DNA of 64,000 nucleotides from the NCBI GenBank assembly GCA_963725055.1, contig CAVRXE010000008.1, positions 53,568 to 117,567 on the forward strand. Direction: 5' to 3'. Positions within the stretch are counted from its first letter, which is position 1. Each line of letters begins with the position of its first letter. Under the pieces are notes generated by a model. The model was given only the letters and a program-made list of their open reading frames with translations. It was not told the DNA's origin and did no database searches. The position numbers were made by a program, and so were the translations under genes. Shown here piece by piece: positions 59,999 to 64,000 of this stretch. Origin of the DNA: Candidatus Deferrimicrobiaceae bacterium. Its GTDB lineage: Bacteria; Desulfobacterota; Deferrimicrobia; Deferrimicrobiales; Deferrimicrobiaceae.

Positions 59999-60307
59999 TC
60001 ATCGTACGGTGATGCTGAAGACGCGACGCGGCCCTACCGAGGAACTCGCCGAGCAGAGGGTTGTCCCGGGGCCGACACCCTTGAACCCCAGTTTCCCGTT
60101 CACATCCACCGGGATGGCGACCTTCGGGTCGTCGCAGATGGGCCGACTGGCGGGGCAGACGATCTGGCCGGAGGAGCATGCGTCGAACGTGTCCCCGACC
60201 TGCAGCCCTACAGGGAACGCCCCGTCCTGTGCATGGGCGTGGTGTGCCGTCACGAAGAGAACGCCAAAGACCAACGCGATGCCTGCGAGAAGAACCCGTT
60301 GCCGCAT
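59999..60307 (-). CDS. Small secreted Cys-rich protein (102 aa)
   Basis: Strong SD (GGAGGTGG). Signal peptide MRQRVLLAGIALVFGVLFVTAHHAHA. 5 Cys in the mature part. Confidence 0.5.
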   Translation of the reverse strand: MRQRVLLAGIALVFGVLFVTAHHAHAQDGAFPVGLQVGDTFDACSSGQIVCPASRPICDDPKVAIPVDVNGKLGFKGVGPGTTLCSASSSVGPRRVFSITVR

Positions 60308-60390
60308 ATTCCACCTCCGGTGGGGAAAGAATGCCCCCAGTGTATCCCGTTGGAGGGGTGTGGCGATAGCCCTCCTTGGAGAGTAAAGGT

Positions 60391-60982
60391 CTACCCCCCC
60401 GCCGGTGACAGCGCCTGGATCGCCCCGGCGAGGTCCGCGCTCAAACGGCCCAGGGCCCTGCTGTGGGCGGCAGCCAGGGAAGCGTACTCCCGGTCCGGAA
60501 CCGGCTCGCTCACCGTGGTGCGCCCCGAGCGCGTCGTCCCGTCCTTCGTGTTCCGCACCGTCCAGACGGCATCCAGGAGGGCCGCCTCGCCGGGCGCGGA
60601 TTCGAAGCGGAGCACGTCGACCAGGACGCGGTACCGCGCTCCGCTCGCCGTCGGCTGGGAGAACACGGTGACGTTGGGCGTGCCGAGCATCGCGGCGAGA
60701 TTCTCCGCGACGACCCGGGCGATGGCATCCGGCAACGATGACGCCCACCGGTGGAACTCATCGATGGCGACCTGGTTCGGCCCGAGCCGGACCACGATCT
60801 GCGGGCGGTCCACCGCCGCGGGCACGGACACGGGACCGACCGAGACCGAGGTGTCCATTCCTTGTCGCCACCGGCTTCGCCGCGGAGTTCAGCGTGTAGA
60901 AATTCGACCGTGGAGAGGCGCACCCGGCCCCGGCCGCGGCGAGTGCGAACAGAAGGAGGCAGGAAGCGAGTCGGCGCATCAT
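60391..60982 (-). CDS. pqiC: PqiC/YmbA-like ABC-transport auxiliary lipoprotein, with an apparent frame change at about 60855-60870
   Basis: Lipobox AGAGC plus SNFYTL in one frame. The conserved core (VPAAVDRPQIVVRLGPNQVAIDEFHRWASSL...) is in the next frame. Confidence 0.6.
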
Positions 60983-62646
60983 GGGTTCTCCTTGTTTTTC
61001 CCGCGGAGGAGCGCCTCGGGGTTCCGCTCCAGATAGTCGGCGAGCAGGCGGATCGCCCGGGCGGATCGCGCGATCTCCTGCAATGCCTCGCGAAGATCCT
61101 GCTGCGCCGGCGCGTCGGGGCCCAGGAGGGTGTTGTCCGTGCTTGAGAGCACGCGCTCGGCGGCGGTGGCCGCCCGCTGCAGATCCTCCAGCGTCTTCTT
61201 CGTTTCGGGGAGGGTTTCCGCGTCGACGCGGCTCAACGCCCGGTCCGCGCTCTGCAGCGTCCGGTCGAGCGTTTCGAGGCTCTTCTTCAGGTCGTTGCCG
61301 ATCTCTTCCACCGGTATCTTTTCCAACTTCGTAAGAATGCTCTTGAGCTGCAGTTCGATGTTCTCCATCTTCCCCGGGACCACCGGGAATTGCGGAGGTT
61401 CCTTTGTCCTGTCGATCCTCGCCCTCGGCGCGTCCGGGAAATAGTCGAGGGCGACGTACAGCTGCCCGCTGATGAGGCTCCCTGTGCGCAATTGCGCGCG
61501 CAGGCCCTTCTCCTCGACAAGCCGCCGCATCATTTCAAGACGTTCTTCCCGGGACATCGTCTTCACCATGGCGACGTCGGTCTTCCCCAGGAGCCGGAGC
61601 AAACGGTACTGGAAGGTCTTGACCTCCACGCGGGTACGAACGGACTGCGTCTCCGGGACGTAATCGAGCCTGATCTCCGTGACTTCGCCGATCGGCAACC
61701 CGAGCATGGAGACGGGGGCGCCGACCGACAATCCCTGTAAAGACTCCTGGAAATAGAGGGCATACCGCTCGATCTCGGACACCGGCGGCGCCATCGCGGC
61801 TTCCCGGTTGTCGAACAGGGGGAACACCGATTTCTCGGGGGCCGGTTTCCCCGGCTCCGCGGAAGGCGGCGTTTCGAACCGTATCCCTCCGATAAGGATG
61901 GACAGCACCGAATCGGTCTCCAGGGAAAATCCGCCGGCCCCCATCGACGCATGGATCCCGCTGGATTCCCAGAACCTCGTATCCGACGTGACGTACCCGT
62001 CGTAGGGCGAGTCCAGGAAGATCCTGACGCCAAAGGACGCTCCGTCCGGCGCCAGTTCGTACCCGATGACCTGCCCCACGTTCATGCGGCGGTAGGAGAT
62101 CGGCGAGCCGATGCCCAGCGACCCGAGGGTTGGGGCGCGCAGCGTGAACTCCCGGCCCGACATGCCGCCGGTAATGGGTGGAGGCACTTCCAGTCCGACG
62201 AAATCGCGATGCGATTTCCCGGACTTCCCGGGCTCGATCCCGATGTATTTCCCGGAGAGCAAGGTCCCGATGCCGGACACCCCGCTCAGGGTAACGCGCG
62301 GCTTCACGATCCAGAACCGGCTGTCCTCGGCCAGCAGGCCTTCCACGTGCTTTTCCATCTTCGCAGTGACGAGGATCTTGGAGAAGTCCTCCGAAAGGGC
62401 CACCTCCATCACCTTCCCGATATCGACGTCCTTGTACTTGATGAAGGTCTTGCCGGGCTCGATCCCCTCGGCCGTCCGGAACGAGATCCGGATCGTCGGC
62501 CCCTCGTTCAGGTACCGCTGGACGACGATCCCGACGCCGACCAGCGCCGCGACGATCGGGATGATCCAGACGACCGGCACCCTCGTGCGTTTTTTCGGGA
62601 CATGCGTCGCTTCCGGAACGTTCGCGAGATCGGCGTCTTCAGTCAT
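60979..62646 (-). CDS. pqiB: PqiB-like intermembrane transport protein (N-terminal TM, multiple MCE domains, C-terminal coiled coil)
   Basis: TM helix VVWIIPIVAALVGVGIVV, three MCE-like segments and a helical C-terminal region. Confidence 0.85.
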   Translation of the reverse strand: MTEDADLANVPEATHVPKKRTRVPVVWIIPIVAALVGVGIVVQRYLNEGPTIRISFRTAEGIEPGKTFIKYKDVDIGKVMEVALSEDFSKILVTAKMEKHVEGLLAEDSRFWIVKPRVTLSGVSGIGTLLSGKYIGIEPGKSGKSHRDFVGLEVPPPITGGMSGREFTLRAPTLGSLGIGSPISYRRMNVGQVIGYELAPDGASFGVRIFLDSPYDGYVTSDTRFWESSGIHASMGAGGFSLETDSVLSILIGGIRFETPPSAEPGKPAPEKSVFPLFDNREAAMAPPVSEIERYALYFQESLQGLSVGAPVSMLGLPIGEVTEIRLDYVPETQSVRTRVEVKTFQYRLLRLLGKTDVAMVKTMSREERLEMMRRLVEEKGLRAQLRTGSLISGQLYVALDYFPDAPRARIDRTKEPPQFPVVPGKMENIELQLKSILTKLEKIPVEEIGNDLKKSLETLDRTLQSADRALSRVDAETLPETKKTLEDLQRAATAAERVLSSTDNTLLGPDAPAQQDLREALQEIARSARAIRLLADYLERNPEALLRGKNKENP

Positions 62647-63280
62647 CTGTCTCCTGCTTTCCCTGGCTGGAATCCCAGATCAGGCGGGGGTCGAACGACT
62701 CCGCGGCGAAGATCGTCAGGATGACCACCGCCGAGAAGAACAGGACCCCGGGCTCGGGCGCAACGGACATGAGCGGCCGGAGCTGGATGAGGGCGACGAC
62801 GAACGTGGCGACGAACACGTCGACCATCGACCACCGCCCGATGACCGCCAGGACCCGATACAGCCGCGCCCGCTCCCGGTTGTTCCGGACCGAGCCGCGC
62901 TGCACCGTGACCAGGAGATACGCGAGGGCCGCCAGCTTCGCCAGCGGGATCATCACGCTCGCGATCAGCAGGATCAGCGCGAGATACCACGATCCCGACG
63001 TGTAGAGGTAGACGACGCCGCTGATGATGGTGTCGGGCACCTCGGACGTCAGCGTGGTCGTCCGCATCACCGGCAGGATATTGGCCGGGAGGTAACAGAT
63101 CGCGGCGGCGATGACGAGCGCCCACGTGCGCTGGACCGCGTCGCGGCGCCGGAATTCGAGCTCCTCGCCGCACCGCGGGCACTCCCCGGGCTCCTCCGCG
63201 CCGGCCGGACGGGACAGGAGGCCGCACGCCTCGCACGAGACGAACCCCTCTCGCAGGCCGGTCCGCGCGACGGCGGTCAT
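62639..63280 (-). CDS. pqiA: PqiA-family membrane protein (second half-gene)
   Basis: Zn-ribbon CEACGLL...CPRCGEEL, then PqiA-like TM helices. Confidence 0.8.
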   Translation of the reverse strand: MTAVARTGLREGFVSCEACGLLSRPAGAEEPGECPRCGEELEFRRRDAVQRTWALVIAAAICYLPANILPVMRTTTLTSEVPDTIISGVVYLYTSGSWYLALILLIASVMIPLAKLAALAYLLVTVQRGSVRNNRERARLYRVLAVIGRWSMVDVFVATFVVALIQLRPLMSVAPEPGVLFFSAVVILTIFAAESFDPRLIWDSSQGKQETDD

Positions 63281-63951
63281 CGCCCCGCCTCCGCCGCATC
63301 ATCGCCTCCGGAAGGGAGCGCCCGTTGCGGCCAGTCACCGTTCGCCCAGCGGACCCGCGACCAGGCCTCGCGTGGATCGAAGCTGGACGACATCGCCGCG
63401 AGCAGCAGGATGAGCCCGCCGGCCGCGAAGATCCCGACGCCGGGGATCACCCTCGCGAGCGCCGCGATCTTGACCAGCGAGACGAGGATGCCCAGCATCA
63501 TCACCTCGAGCATCGACCAGGACGCGGCGATCCCCACCCAGCGCAGCAGCGTGCCGACCCAGCGCGGCGCCGGCGGCCGCCGTACGGCGAGCAGGATCGC
63601 AAGCAGGAACCCGATCTGCAGGGCCGGCGCGATCACCGCGAAGAGCGCGATGAGCAGGGCCGTGATCCTTTCCCCCTGCTCCCACATCTTCCACGCGCCA
63701 CCGGCGATCGTCGTGCTCGCCTCCCGCCCGGCGACCGACAGCCCCATCAACGGCTCCAGGTTGGCGAGGAGGAACGCGATGGCCGCGGCGACCGCCAGCG
63801 CCGTCGTGCGTTCGATGGATCCCGGTTTGCAGGTCGCAAGCTTGCGGCCGCACCGCGGGCAGCACGCCGTTCCGCCGGGCGGGAGCGCGGGAATGCGCTG
63901 GAGCAGGTCGCACTCGGGACACGCGACGACATCTGCGGACAAGTTCCTCAT
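63277..63951 (-). CDS. pqiA: PqiA-family membrane protein (first half-gene)
   Basis: Zn-ribbon CPECDLL...CPRCGRKL, then PqiA TM helices. A 4-nt overlap with the downstream half. Confidence 0.8.
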   Translation of the reverse strand: MRNLSADVVACPECDLLQRIPALPPGGTACCPRCGRKLATCKPGSIERTTALAVAAAIAFLLANLEPLMGLSVAGREASTTIAGGAWKMWEQGERITALLIALFAVIAPALQIGFLLAILLAVRRPPAPRWVGTLLRWVGIAASWSMLEVMMLGILVSLVKIAALARVIPGVGIFAAGGLILLLAAMSSSFDPREAWSRVRWANGDWPQRALPSGGDDAAEAGR

Positions 63952-64000
63952 CCGGTTCCTTCCCGGTCGTTCCGTGATCGGGACCGTCGATCCACCTGTT

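Overview
This is a 64-kb stretch of a very GC-rich bacterial chromosome, roughly 68-70% GC estimated by eye. The gene content is typical of a Gram-negative (diderm) cell envelope. Many opposite-strand Arg/Pro/Gly-rich ORFs in the six-frame track are GC artefacts and are ignored. No transposases, integrases, CRISPR arrays, rRNAs or convincing tRNAs were found. Gene content in window order: (1) Two adjacent aminotransferases (an AspC-like fragment and hisC). (2) A regulatory cluster on both strands holding two hypotheticals and a zincin-like peptidase. It also holds a short FlgM-like anti-sigma factor, a sigma-54-dependent response regulator with a hybrid histidine kinase, and a FliA/WhiG-type sigma-28 factor. 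(3) korAB 2-oxoacid:ferredoxin oxidoreductase. (4) A tetR-controlled RND efflux operon (adaptor, AcrB-like permease, TolC-like outer-membrane factor). (5) A DSF-type quorum-sensing-like locus with a hotdog thioesterase, an RpfF-like crotonase and a convergent RpfC-like hybrid kinase. A low-GC promoter island with 18-bp direct repeats lies just upstream. (6) A ClpA-like AAA+ ATPase and a PfkB sugar kinase. (7) A complete caa3-type cytochrome c oxidase cluster (ctaB, ctaA, subunits IV, III, I, II-cyt c, Sco). (8) A beta-CASP/MBL RNase and a ChaN-PDZ lipoprotein. (9) A complete Mla system (mlaC, D, F, E plus divergent mlaA/vacJ), a HAD hydrolase and rmuC. (10) DUF5666-type lipoproteins, ampG, a tungsten-type aldehyde:ferredoxin oxidoreductase and a double class-II-aldolase-like protein. 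(11) An HD-domain protein, an OmpA-family lipoprotein, metX and a DUF5666/DUF4382 lipoprotein cluster with a 5-prime tandem duplication. (12) A 924-aa protein with a C-terminal DUF362-like domain, an ABC-F ATPase, small secreted proteins and a pqiA/pqiA/pqiB/pqiC system. Two points are notable. First, at least ten genes carry 1-bp frame disruptions, several of them in G/C homopolymers, which points to assembly indel errors or unusual pseudogenisation. Second, there are two families of intergenic repeats that are not protein-coding.
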